A DNA stretch of 64,000 bases, taken from the IMG/VR virus record IMGVR_UViG_3300044510_000078; one strand, 5' to 3'. This document shows, one piece after another, positions 17,512 to 27,171 of the stretch. Below the pieces are notes generated by a model, which ran no database searches, was not told where the DNA came from, and was given only the letters and a program-made list of their open reading frames with translations. The position numbers and the translations under genes are program-made. The DNA comes from a virus. How positions within the stretch are numbered: position 1 is the stretch's first letter; every line of letters starts with the position of its first letter.

Positions 17512-18610
17512 ACAGACCGAAGAAGAAGAAAAGCCAAAAGAACTTTCTTCAGAACAACAAATAGATTCCTTTTTAAAGGATAATGAAGAGTTCCATTATA
17601 ATAATGTAATCCAACAAGACTACGCTGTTTCAAGCGGAAGCCTTAAAATGGACATAGAAATGGGAGGAGGATTACGCCCCGGCATAGTAAGATTCAGTGG
17701 AGTTACAGAGGGGGGTAAAACCTCCTGCGCTCTTTCATTTGCCCGCTCTTTTCAAAAGAATATACCAAATTCCAAAGTCGTTTACATTAAAGCAGAGGGT
17801 CGGCTATCTGAAGATATAATTTCAAGAGCAGGCATTAACACAGACAAAGACAAATGGTTTGTATTTAAATGCAATATTTACGAAACATCCGTGCAGCTTA
17901 TTAATGAGCTAATACATAATAATCCCACTAACAGAAAATATTTTTTTATAATTGATTCAATGGACTCTCTTAATTTAAAAGAGGACATGAATAGGGTGTT
18001 CGGAACCGCAAACAAAGTAGCAGGCGCAGCATACTTAACGGCAGATTTTTTAAAGAAAATGGCATTACCGCTTTCTTCTTTAGGACACACCTGTATAATG
18101 ATTTCGCAAATACGAACGGCGGTATCAATTAATCCATACGAAAAGAAAGACCCAAGAGTAACCAATGCGTCTGGGGGTAACGCGATGCTGCATTATAGTG
18201 ACTGGATTTTAGAATTCCAAACTAGGTATCGCTCTGACCTAATAACGTCACTCCCAGAGTTGAAAGGAGAAGTTTTAGGACATTTTTGTAAGATTATCTT
18301 TAGAAAATCCCCAAACGAAAAAACATACAAAGAAATATCATATCCGATTAAATACGGAAGAACGGGTGGCACAAGTATTTGGGTTGAATACGAAATAGCA
18401 GACCTGATGATAATGTTTGAAATGGTAAAGGTAAAAACCGCATGGATTACTGTAGAACCAGAAATCTTAGAAGAACTCAAAAAACAAAAATTTGAAATTC
18501 CAGAAAAAATTCAGGGACTTGATAACTTTAGGAAACTTTTAGAAACTAATGAAAACCTAACAAAATACCTATACCAAAAATTTGAAAAAGTTTTAAAGAA
18601 AAATACATGA
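17498..18610 (+). CDS. recA: RecA/UvsX-family recombinase
   Basis: SSGSLKMDIEMGGGL, Walker A GVTEGGKT, YIKAEG, Walker B IIDS, MISQIR, SGGNAMLHYS. Confidence 0.9.
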   Translation: MAKHKQTEEEEKPKELSSEQQIDSFLKDNEEFHYNNVIQQDYAVSSGSLKMDIEMGGGLRPGIVRFSGVTEGGKTSCALSFARSFQKNIPNSKVVYIKAEGRLSEDIISRAGINTDKDKWFVFKCNIYETSVQLINELIHNNPTNRKYFFIIDSMDSLNLKEDMNRVFGTANKVAGAAYLTADFLKKMALPLSSLGHTCIMISQIRTAVSINPYEKKDPRVTNASGGNAMLHYSDWILEFQTRYRSDLITSLPELKGEVLGHFCKIIFRKSPNEKTYKEISYPIKYGRTGGTSIWVEYEIADLMIMFEMVKVKTAWITVEPEILEELKKQKFEIPEKIQGLDNFRKLLETNENLTKYLYQKFEKVLKKNT

Positions 18611-19023
18611 GACTAAAAAATACCTTTGGCAAATTGGTCTATAAAAACGTTTCAAAGCATATTATTGATTGGGAGGGAAAGTCGCGCTCCCTTCTTCAAT
18701 TTAAAACAAAACAATTTTTAAAACCATACTGGTGCGGACAAATCGTTTATGAAGAGTTTCCCGTGTATGGGACCAAAATGAAAGTTGACATTCTCAACGC
18801 TACAAAAAAAATAGCAATAGAAGTCAACGGCCCACAGCATAATTCATTTAATAAATTTTTTCACCAAAACTCACCAGAGAGATATTTAAAATCCATTAAA
18901 AGAGATTATTCCAAACGGCAATGGCTGGAGCTTAACGATTTTACACTTATAGAAATAGAAGAAGAAGAAATTGAATTACTCTCGGAGAATTTCTTTTTTA
19001 AGAAATTTAATGTCACACTATAA
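18607..19023 (+). CDS. Vsr/DUF559-like endonuclease
   Basis: KVDIL...IAIEVNGPQH...KRDYSKRQWLELNDFTLIEI. Confidence 0.75.
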   Translation: MRLKNTFGKLVYKNVSKHIIDWEGKSRSLLQFKTKQFLKPYWCGQIVYEEFPVYGTKMKVDILNATKKIAIEVNGPQHNSFNKFFHQNSPERYLKSIKRDYSKRQWLELNDFTLIEIEEEEIELLSENFFFKKFNVTL

Positions 19024-19026
19024 TTT

Positions 19027-19034
19027 AGTGTAAT
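19027..19034 (+). promoter_or_regulatory. AGTGTAAT motif, candidate phage late promoter
   Basis: Sits in the gap after the endonuclease, 8 nt before ATG 19043, the same spacing as at 1251. Confidence 0.45.
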
Positions 19035-19042
19035 TATATTTA

Positions 19043-19321
19043 ATGAATCTTATGCCAAAACACAAAGACTTCAAATTTCCGGAAAAACTTTTGTCTCAAA
19101 TTAATGAATGTTCTGGAGGAGGGTTTTGTATTTTTACCTTTGATGAATATGGTAAGCCTCAAGTTTACAGCCAATTTGATAATCCAATTTATGCAATGGC
19201 AATGCAATATTATATAGAGAATTGGACGGCAGCGGTTTCTAATGTTCAATTAAATACATTTTCAAATGCAGTTGACAGAGCTATCAATCCAGAATCAGGA
19301 GACGGTTCCGAAAAAGCATAG
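19043..19321 (+). CDS. hypothetical protein
   Basis: 92-aa ORF (FKFPEKLLSQINECSGGGFCIFTFDEYGKP). Confidence 0.65.
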   Translation: MNLMPKHKDFKFPEKLLSQINECSGGGFCIFTFDEYGKPQVYSQFDNPIYAMAMQYYIENWTAAVSNVQLNTFSNAVDRAINPESGDGSEKA

Positions 19322-19326
19322 CAGAC

Positions 19327-19354
19327 TTGACAAAGCTTCAAACATCGCTATAAT
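19327..19354 (+). promoter_or_regulatory. sigma70-type promoter for dnaB, probably leaderless
   Basis: TTGACA-16 bp-TATAAT; ATG 6 nt after the -10 hexamer. Confidence 0.75.
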
Positions 19355-19360
19355 ACCATT

Positions 19361-20848
19361 ATGGCGAATAATTTAGTTTCCCTTCAAGTAGAAAAGCACG
19401 TATTAGGCGGTATAATTAAAAACCCAGATGTCTTCGCAGATATAGAGAGATTCGTTCAAGATTCTGATTTTTTTAACAGAGTCCATTCTGTATTATTCTC
19501 AATAATTAAACAGACCCTTTCTAAGCAAGAAAAAATAGACAAAATTATTCTCGCTCAAAAAATTAAAAATCTTGGAATTGTTTTTAAAGACGATATAGAT
19601 ATTTTCGACTATGTAGATTCAATTGCTTTCACACAAATTACGCCTACGGCGACAATAGACGCGGCCAAGGAGCTTGTAAAGCTAAGAGTATTAAGAGAGG
19701 TCTGCTCTACAAGCTCAGAAATAGAAAAATACGTCAGAGAAAACGCCAACGAACCGATAGAAAAACTCATAGCAAACGTAGATAGCATATATTCCAAAAA
19801 AATAGAATCTTATTCTTTTAACGACGAACCAGAAAATGTATTCGATAACCTAGCCGCTAGCGTGTTAGAAACTGGGAAAAACCCCAAAGACGAAACTGGA
19901 TTTAAAACGCCATTTAGTGAATTCAACAGATTATATGGCGGGTTGCGCCCAGCGAACATCTACGCTATCGCATCAAGGCCGGGACAGGGTAAAACAACAT
20001 TTCTTAACTACATAGCGTATAAAACAAGCATCATTAATAAAATCCCTGTTCTTGTTTTAGACACGGAAATGATGACTAAAGAAATACAATTCAGAAAAGC
20101 CGCCGCCCTCACCGGAGTCCCACTTTGGTATCTTGAAACGGGTAACTGGAACAGAAATGTAGAGCTTCGAGACAAAGTAACAAACGGACTCAACAAAATA
20201 GAAAAAACCCCATATTACCACCATCACATAGGTAACAGAAATATAGACGAAGTTTGCGCCATCATCCGAAGGTGGTATTGGAGCAGAGTTGGTAGGGGAA
20301 ACCCATGTTTAGTGGTATATGACTATTTAAAACTTACCGGAGAAAAAGTTGGCGCAAACTGGGCCGAACACCAAGCAATAGGAGAAAAAGTTGATAAGCT
20401 CAAGAAAATTTCAGAAGAAATCAATTGTCCAATTTTTACAGCTATTCAAATTAACAGAACTGGAGAAAATTTTAATAGAAGCGCCGACTCTGTTGTTGAC
20501 GACAGTTCTGTTCTCGCACTATCAGACAGGCTTCAATGGTTTGCGTCGTTCGTCTCTATTTTTAGAAGAAAAACCATAGACGAAATTGCCCTTGACGGAA
20601 CAGAGTTTGGAACACACAAGCTTGTTCCGCTAAAAACTAGATTTCAAGGAAAAGACGCCGCAGGACATCAAGACTTGGTGAGGAGAAGGCTTCCAGATGG
20701 CTCGCAAAGCTATGTTCAGAATTATCTAAGTTTTGATGTAAATAACTTTGCATTAACAGAACGTGGCTCGCTTAATGATATTATAGAACACCAAAGAGCA
20801 CAAATAACACCCGACGATGGAAGCCAAAACGACGGAGAAACTCTTTGA
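19361..20848 (+). CDS. dnaB: replicative DNA helicase DnaB
   Basis: N-terminal VEKHVLGGII...DFFNRVH, Walker A ASRPGQGKT, LDTEM, VVYDYLKL, AIQINR. Confidence 0.92.
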   Translation: MANNLVSLQVEKHVLGGIIKNPDVFADIERFVQDSDFFNRVHSVLFSIIKQTLSKQEKIDKIILAQKIKNLGIVFKDDIDIFDYVDSIAFTQITPTATIDAAKELVKLRVLREVCSTSSEIEKYVRENANEPIEKLIANVDSIYSKKIESYSFNDEPENVFDNLAASVLETGKNPKDETGFKTPFSEFNRLYGGLRPANIYAIASRPGQGKTTFLNYIAYKTSIINKIPVLVLDTEMMTKEIQFRKAAALTGVPLWYLETGNWNRNVELRDKVTNGLNKIEKTPYYHHHIGNRNIDEVCAIIRRWYWSRVGRGNPCLVVYDYLKLTGEKVGANWAEHQAIGEKVDKLKKISEEINCPIFTAIQINRTGENFNRSADSVVDDSSVLALSDRLQWFASFVSIFRRKTIDEIALDGTEFGTHKLVPLKTRFQGKDAAGHQDLVRRRLPDGSQSYVQNYLSFDVNNFALTERGSLNDIIEHQRAQITPDDGSQNDGETL

Positions 20849-21771
20849 ATAATTCAAACGTAAAAGACATACTACAAACGATAGGCTATACACCAAACGA
20901 ATTTGGTAGGTCGTTTAGATGCAAGCCCCTGTATAGGGATTCCGACAATGCCACAGTCCTTTGTGTTGACAAATCTACAGGCTGTTGGTATGATTTTAAA
21001 GAAGGAATTGGAGGCTCCCTAAATCAGCTTGTCAAGCTTACGCTTAAACTAAAATCAGACCAAGAAGCAGAAGATTTTTTATCTGAAAAAAAATATATTC
21101 AAGCTATAGAACCTCAAGAAGAACCGCTTATAACGCTTCCTAAAATCTTTCCACAAGAACAGCTTAAAAAGCTCGAACCAGAAACATCATACTGGAACAA
21201 ACGAGGGATTTCAAACGAAACGTTGTCAATATTTAAAGGCGGCATTGCTCTCGACGGAAGAATGTGTAATAGATATGTCTTCCCTATCCCAAATTCAAAG
21301 GGCGAAACCGTTGGATACTCAGGAAGAGATTTAACAAATAGCGATAAAAGACCAAAATGGAAACATATAGGGCATAAAAAAGAATGGTGTTATCCTCTTT
21401 TTTTTAATAAACAATTTATTGCTGACGGGAAAGAAGCGGTCATGGTAGAGAGTATAGGAGATATGCTTGCGCTTTGGGAGGCTGGAGTTAAGAATTCTAT
21501 TGTTACATTTGGGCTCAAAATTAATCCTAAAATTATTTCTTATCTTATTAAAATAGATATTTCTAAGATAATAATAGCCCTCAATAACGATAATCAAAAA
21601 AATTTTGCAGGAAATAAAGCCTCGAATGAAATGGAAGAACAACTGTCTAATCATTTTGACAGAAACCAACTATGTATAGCGCTGCCGTCTAAAAAAGACT
21701 TTGGAGAAATGGAGAAAGAAGAAATAAAAACATGGAAACAGAACCTAAAGTCCTCTCAGCTTCAAAAATAA
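20845..21771 (+). CDS. dnaG: DNA primase (DnaG-like TOPRIM)
   Basis: RYVFPIPNSKGETVGYSGR, PKWKH, VMVESIGDMLAL, IIALNND, KDFGEM. The N-terminal domain lacks a complete Zn-ligand set. Confidence 0.85.
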   Translation: MNNSNVKDILQTIGYTPNEFGRSFRCKPLYRDSDNATVLCVDKSTGCWYDFKEGIGGSLNQLVKLTLKLKSDQEAEDFLSEKKYIQAIEPQEEPLITLPKIFPQEQLKKLEPETSYWNKRGISNETLSIFKGGIALDGRMCNRYVFPIPNSKGETVGYSGRDLTNSDKRPKWKHIGHKKEWCYPLFFNKQFIADGKEAVMVESIGDMLALWEAGVKNSIVTFGLKINPKIISYLIKIDISKIIIALNNDNQKNFAGNKASNEMEEQLSNHFDRNQLCIALPSKKDFGEMEKEEIKTWKQNLKSSQLQK

Positions 21772-22721
21772 AAACTTTTGAAAACTGTTCATGGTTGTAT
21801 TGGGGAAACTACCACCTCAAACTGCCTCAAAAGTCAAACGAAGGAGCGCAAAGAGGAACCATTTGTCATTTAATTTTTGAAATTCTTTTAAATCCAAAAC
21901 ATAAACTCCATTTTAAAAAAATCAAAAAAGCAGAGACAATAACAAGTTCTCCACCAATTCGACGGCTAGTAATCAAGCATTTAAAGAAAATGCAAATCAA
22001 TACAGATAAAAATTTTAAACTAATTGATGAAATGATTTTAGTTGGTATTAATAATGATTTTTTTATTCGTGGTGCAATATTATTAGACCCAGAATACGAA
22101 TTCAACCTTACAAACGAGACGCCCAAATATTCACTAACTGGGTTCATAGACAAAGCCGCAGAAAACACTAAAAACGGGACGTTTATTATTACAGACTATA
22201 AATCTAGTAAATTTAAATTTGACGAAAACGACTTAGAATCAAACATCCAAGCGATGATATACAGTTTAGTAGCAAAAAAAATCAAACCAGAATTAACACC
22301 CATAGTCAAATTTATATTTTTAAGATATGGTAAAGACCCTATCCAAACAGTTCAATTCAACGACGTAACACTTAAAGGATTCGAGCATTATCTACAAAAA
22401 ATAAACGAAACCCTAAATAATTTTTCCGAAGAACAAGCGGTGCAAAATTTTGCGGCGGATAAAAAACCCAAAGGAGGCGGATTCAACGGCTCTCTTCTTT
22501 GTGGGCTTGCAAAATCTCCAAATGAAAAGAAAAAAGACGGACAACCCATGTGGGCGTGTCCATATAAATTTTCTTTTAAATATTTCATTTTAAAAGATAA
22601 AAATGGCAAAATATTAAAATCAGATTTTAACAATTCATTTACACCCAAAGAAGAGGAAACGGTAGAAGAATTGACATATCAAGGGTGTCCACGGCATAAA
22701 GCTACAAGCCCAGAATTCTAA
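21732..22721 (+). CDS. PD-(D/E)XK (RecB-like) exonuclease
   Basis: LSASKIKTFENCS, GTICHLIFE, EYEF, GFIDK, ITDYKS, QAMIY; four Cys (C12, LLCG, WACP, QGCP). Confidence 0.8.
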   Translation: METEPKVLSASKIKTFENCSWLYWGNYHLKLPQKSNEGAQRGTICHLIFEILLNPKHKLHFKKIKKAETITSSPPIRRLVIKHLKKMQINTDKNFKLIDEMILVGINNDFFIRGAILLDPEYEFNLTNETPKYSLTGFIDKAAENTKNGTFIITDYKSSKFKFDENDLESNIQAMIYSLVAKKIKPELTPIVKFIFLRYGKDPIQTVQFNDVTLKGFEHYLQKINETLNNFSEEQAVQNFAADKKPKGGGFNGSLLCGLAKSPNEKKKDGQPMWACPYKFSFKYFILKDKNGKILKSDFNNSFTPKEEETVEELTYQGCPRHKATSPEF

Positions 22722-22750
22722 TTGACAAAACACGAAACAAAGGCTATGAT
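22722..22750 (+). promoter_or_regulatory. sigma70-type promoter for the Pol III block, probably leaderless
   Basis: TTGACA-17 bp-TATGAT; ATG 6 nt after the -10 hexamer. Confidence 0.75.
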
Positions 22751-22756
22751 AGAACT

Positions 22757-23536
22757 ATGCAAAGCTTGCCATTATGGAAGTCTCATTTTTCAATAGGAAA
22801 ATCCATTTTGACCTTAGCTAAAGCTGGCGAAACAGACAATTCTTGTCCTGATTCTATTTTTGATTTAGCCGAAAGCGCAGGGCTCAAAGAGATTATCCTA
22901 GTAGAAGACTCGATTAGCGGCTTTTTGGAGGCTTTTACCAACTCAAAGAAAAGTAAGAAAAAATTAATCTTTGGACTTAGACTGTCTGTTGTAGAAAACA
23001 TGGAAGAAAAAACAGAACAGTCGCTAGACAAAGTATGTAAATATGTAATTTTTGCCAAAGATACAATTGGCTACGAAACTCTAATTAAAGTCTCTTCGCT
23101 TGCAGCAAAGAACGGTTTTTATTATGAGCCCAAAATAGATTTTAAAAATCTTAAAGATGTGTGGAGCGAACATTTGCAGCTTGCCGTTCCATTTTATGAT
23201 TCATTTATTCATAAAAACGTATTGGAATGCGGTGCCTGTGTGCCAGATTTTTCTTTTACAACTCCAGTCTTCTTCATGGAAGATAACGATGTGCCTTTCG
23301 ACGAAATACTTTCGACCCAAGTGACCGACTTTTGTTCAAAAAACAAATTTGAATCTGTCAAGACAAAAAGCATTTACTATAATCTCAACAAAGATTTTAT
23401 TACATATCTAACCTTTAGATGTATAAATGCGAGGACTTCTCTGGAAAGGCCAGAATTACCGCATATGTGCAGTCAAGAATTTTCCTTTGAATCATGGAAA
23501 AAACAAAATCAAATTTCAAATTTAACACCCAACTAA
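22757..23536 (+). CDS. stand-alone PHP domain of DNA polymerase III alpha (split dnaE N-terminus)
   Basis: KSHFSIGKSIL, IILVEDSISGF, LIFGLRL, VIFAKDTIGYETLIKVSS, YYEPKID. Confidence 0.85.
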   Translation: MQSLPLWKSHFSIGKSILTLAKAGETDNSCPDSIFDLAESAGLKEIILVEDSISGFLEAFTNSKKSKKKLIFGLRLSVVENMEEKTEQSLDKVCKYVIFAKDTIGYETLIKVSSLAAKNGFYYEPKIDFKNLKDVWSEHLQLAVPFYDSFIHKNVLECGACVPDFSFTTPVFFMEDNDVPFDEILSTQVTDFCSKNKFESVKTKSIYYNLNKDFITYLTFRCINARTSLERPELPHMCSQEFSFESWKKQNQISNLTPN

Positions 23537-23964
23537 AAATTGGAAAATCTGGAGAAGACCTGTTTAAAAAACATTATGGGCCGATTTACGGCATACGTCC
23601 AGACTCCGAAAGTATGGAATATGATTTCATTTTAGAAAATGGGGCCAAAGTAGAGCTTAAAACAGACACTTACGCAATGAGCGATACGCCAAATTTTTTC
23701 TTTGAAAGATTTAGCGATATTAATACAAAAAAACTCGGTGGCCCTTGGAGGGCAAAAAAAGATGAAGTAGATTATTTCGTTTATCTTTACGTCAAAGACA
23801 AAATGTTTTACTGGTTTAACCCAATTCTCCTTTGCGCCGAGCTTGACAAAATTACAAAAAAGATGCAAACTAAGCATATTAGAAATATAGCTTGGACAAC
23901 CAGCGGATTTGCAGTTCCACGAGAGCTTTGCTTACACGTTTGCCTAAGACAAGAAAAGATATAA
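23494..23964 (+). CDS. PD-(D/E)XK-type endonuclease
   Basis: GKSGEDLF...YDFIL...KVELKTD, NFFFE, VDYFVYL. Confidence 0.6.
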   Translation: MEKTKSNFKFNTQLKIGKSGEDLFKKHYGPIYGIRPDSESMEYDFILENGAKVELKTDTYAMSDTPNFFFERFSDINTKKLGGPWRAKKDEVDYFVYLYVKDKMFYWFNPILLCAELDKITKKMQTKHIRNIAWTTSGFAVPRELCLHVCLRQEKI

Positions 23965-23965
23965 C

Positions 23966-24610
23966 ATGGATGGACACCTTTTAAGATTTGACAAGCAAAA
24001 AAAGCTCACATTTATAGACTGCGAGACATACAACCTATGCCTCTCTTTTGTTAAGAACAGGCCTTGGCAAATAGCCTTAATTGATGTCATTGGTAACGAA
24101 ATCATAAAAGAAACAGATTTACTAATAAATTGGCCCAAAGAAAAAAATCTCGGAATCAGCGTCAAAGCCGCGCAAATGACAAGACACGACCCATCTAAGG
24201 TAGAAAGCTTAGGGATTTCACCAGAAGAAGCTTTTGATATTTTAGATGAAAAACTTAAAACAGCAGACTACATATTAGGCCACAATATTTTGGGATTTGA
24301 CGTTTACCTAATTAGAGAATATTATAGACTAATGGGCTTTAAGACAGACTTTTTTTTAAAAAAAATCATTGACACAAAATGTCTAGCTCAAGGAATAAAA
24401 CTTTCTACGCCATTCAACGGAACCGAAAATTTACTTAATTATCAATATCGAATGTATAATTGCCCAGTAAAAGGCGTTAAAACAAACCTAGCCTTGCTTG
24501 GGAAGGAATACGAAATAGAGCATGATTACAAAAATCTGCACGACGCCCTAACCGACCTTCAGTTAAACGTAAAAATTTGGAACAAAATTAAATGGCAGGT
24601 TTCAATTTAA
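23966..24610 (+). CDS. DEDDh 3'-5' exonuclease (DnaQ/epsilon-like proofreader)
   Basis: FIDCET, GHNILGFD, IIDT, HDALTD. Confidence 0.88.
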   Translation: MDGHLLRFDKQKKLTFIDCETYNLCLSFVKNRPWQIALIDVIGNEIIKETDLLINWPKEKNLGISVKAAQMTRHDPSKVESLGISPEEAFDILDEKLKTADYILGHNILGFDVYLIREYYRLMGFKTDFFLKKIIDTKCLAQGIKLSTPFNGTENLLNYQYRMYNCPVKGVKTNLALLGKEYEIEHDYKNLHDALTDLQLNVKIWNKIKWQVSI

Positions 24611-27171
24611 TGAATACAGAACTCTTTTTAGAAAAATTTAAAGAAATTGAACTACCTTTGCACGGAGTCAGACTTCCAAGGTTTGAGGTTAGCGAATCAG
24701 ACAAGGCCAAGCTGAAACTGAAAAAAAACGCCGATAACTATGCGTTTTTAAGAGAACTTTGCGTTGAATCCTTTAAGGGTCTAAAACTCTCAAAAGATTC
24801 ACAAGCCCATAAAGAATATGGAGAAAGAGTAAAATACGAGCTTGAAATTTTAAAAGAGCTTGGGTTTGTGGATTATGTTTTAATGGTATGGGATGTCATT
24901 AATTACTGTCGAACACACGGTATTCCAACTGGATTAGGTAGGGGAAGTGCTGCGGGTAGCTTGGTCTTGTTTTTGATAGGCGTGACAAAGATAGACCCAA
25001 TCAAGCACAAATTATATTTTGAAAGATTTGTTTCTAAAATTAGAGCCAAAAAACAGGTCATAGACGGAATTACTTACCTAGATGGCTCGCTAATGTGTGA
25101 CGTTGATTTGGATATATGCTACTACAGAAGAGGCGAAGTGATTAAATACCTAGAAAACAAATACTCTGGGAAAGTTTCAAAAATCTTGACGTTTAATACT
25201 TTGAGTGGTAAATTACTAATGAAAGAGTGCGGCAAAGTAGTGGGAAGTAAAAGCGAACAAGAAATGAACGAAATCAGCCATTTGATACCCCGGCTGCACG
25301 GTGTAGTAAGCGACATTTCAGAAGCTTATGAAGATGTTTCAGAGTTTAAGAAATGGTGCGACGAAAATGAGCAAATATACCAAATAGCCCTTAAACTAAG
25401 AGACTTAAACAAAAACAAAGGGGTTCACCCGTCGGGAATTTTGATTTCATTTGATGAACTTGAGAAAACTTGCCCAACCGAACTATCCTCAGATAAGGAT
25501 AGCGTATCATCTTATGATATGAATTGGATTTCAATGTTCAATATTAAATTAGACGTATTAGGACTTAGAGGCGTTTCTGTTGTTGATGACGTATGCAAAT
25601 CTGTTGGTATCGAGGCAAATGACATCAACTTAGACGACCCCGCAATTTATCAAAATTTACAAAACCTAAAAGCAAGACATGGCCTATTCCAAATCGAGGC
25701 CGACCTAGCTTACAAAGTTGTTCAGAAAGTCAAACCCAAAAACCTAGAAGAACTTAGTGGCGTGTTGGCCCTAGCCAGACCGGGAGCTATGGCGTTTGTT
25801 GACCAATACTCTTTATATACAAACCATCAAACCTATCAACCTATTCACCCCTTCTTTGATGAGATTTTGAAAGAAACTGGTGGCGTTGTTCTTTATCAAG
25901 AACAGCTAATGAAAATGGCAAATAAAATTGGTTTTACTTTAGATGAATCAGAAATCATTCGCCGCGTAGTCGGCAAAAAGAAAATAGAAGAAATGAAGCA
26001 ATGGGAACAAAAAGTCAAAGACAAAATCTCAGAAAATAAATTAGAAGAAGAAATAGGAAAAATTTTCTGGAAAATTTTAGACGCGAGTAAAAATTATTCG
26101 TTCAACCGGTCACATTCGCTGGCTTATTCGTCTCTTTCAGCAATTACAATTTATCTAAAATTTAAATACCCACAGCAATTTTATCTGTCTTTGTTGAAGA
26201 TGACCAAACATGAACCAGACCCAATTGGAGAAATTTCCAAAACTCACAAAGAAATGGCGCAGTTTAACATCAAGCTACTACCACCACACCTGCTCATGTC
26301 CGACATGGACTTTAAAGTAGAAAGCAAAGATATAAGATTCGGACTATTATCCGTAAAAGGAATTTCAAACAAATCAATCTCCAAGCTTAATAAATTCAAA
26401 AACGAATACTCGAATAAATTTGAAGTATTTGAAGCCGCAAGTGAAGCGGAATTAAATATCGGAGCGCTTTCAGCTCTTATTCAAGCGGGAGCTTTCGATA
26501 ACAATTTAAGACAGTCTCGAAGCTATATTGTATATGAAGCTCAATTATGGAATCTTCTTACCACCAAAGAAAAGAAAACCGCCCTATTACTTGGTAAAGA
26601 AAACGACTTTTCGTTGGTGAAAATTTTAAATACTCTTATGTCGCTAAAAGACGAAAAGGGTAAGCCAATCATTAAGCCGTCCCGCTGTGAAACCATTAAG
26701 AAAAACTCAGACCCCTATAAGAAAATCTACGAACAAAATAAATCGTCGGAAAAGTTTGCTAACTGGTGGTATGAAAATAAGCTACTTGGATATAGTTGCA
26801 CAGTTAATTTGATTGACATTTTTAAAGAAAAAATGCAGTCCCTAGTTCCCATAAAAGACATTTTAGACGCCACAAGTGGATTAGGAGTCGCTTTCGTCGG
26901 GACAATAACAGACCAACCAAAAACCGGCAAATCTAAAGCGAAGGGTGCAAAATACGCTAAAATGAACGTTTCAGACGAAACCGGAACAATAACTACTTTG
27001 ATTTTTAACAATAATCTAAATGAGTGCGAAACGCTTAATGGCAAACTACCAGAAGAAGGGGATATTGTTATTGTCAAAGGCTCAAAAAAAGAAGACGCTG
27101 TTTTTGCAAACCTGATTGCAGTTCAACAGTCAAAGATATATACAAAACTTTCAGAATTAAAAAATTCCTGA
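24610..27171 (+). CDS. dnaE: DNA polymerase III alpha catalytic core (no PHP domain)
   Basis: GRGSAAGSLV, LYFERF, DVDLD, GVHPSG, KLDVLGL, GLFQIE, LYQEQ, YSFNRSH, C-terminal OB fold. ATG 24610 overlaps the exonuclease stop (TAATG). Confidence 0.93.
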   Translation: MNTELFLEKFKEIELPLHGVRLPRFEVSESDKAKLKLKKNADNYAFLRELCVESFKGLKLSKDSQAHKEYGERVKYELEILKELGFVDYVLMVWDVINYCRTHGIPTGLGRGSAAGSLVLFLIGVTKIDPIKHKLYFERFVSKIRAKKQVIDGITYLDGSLMCDVDLDICYYRRGEVIKYLENKYSGKVSKILTFNTLSGKLLMKECGKVVGSKSEQEMNEISHLIPRLHGVVSDISEAYEDVSEFKKWCDENEQIYQIALKLRDLNKNKGVHPSGILISFDELEKTCPTELSSDKDSVSSYDMNWISMFNIKLDVLGLRGVSVVDDVCKSVGIEANDINLDDPAIYQNLQNLKARHGLFQIEADLAYKVVQKVKPKNLEELSGVLALARPGAMAFVDQYSLYTNHQTYQPIHPFFDEILKETGGVVLYQEQLMKMANKIGFTLDESEIIRRVVGKKKIEEMKQWEQKVKDKISENKLEEEIGKIFWKILDASKNYSFNRSHSLAYSSLSAITIYLKFKYPQQFYLSLLKMTKHEPDPIGEISKTHKEMAQFNIKLLPPHLLMSDMDFKVESKDIRFGLLSVKGISNKSISKLNKFKNEYSNKFEVFEAASEAELNIGALSALIQAGAFDNNLRQSRSYIVYEAQLWNLLTTKEKKTALLLGKENDFSLVKILNTLMSLKDEKGKPIIKPSRCETIKKNSDPYKKIYEQNKSSEKFANWWYENKLLGYSCTVNLIDIFKEKMQSLVPIKDILDATSGLGVAFVGTITDQPKTGKSKAKGAKYAKMNVSDETGTITTLIFNNNLNECETLNGKLPEEGDIVIVKGSKKEDAVFANLIAVQQSKIYTKLSELKNS

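Noticed and set aside
21732-22721. Cas4/CRISPR interpretation of the four-Cys PD-(D/E)XK nuclease
   Set aside because: No repeat-spacer array or other cas genes were seen; the replication context fits a RecB-like exonuclease.
2115-27171. Inteins or self-splicing introns in nrdJ, recA, dnaB or dnaE
   Set aside because: No C...HN-C/S/T termini, LAGLIDADG motifs or frame breaks; lengths are near normal.
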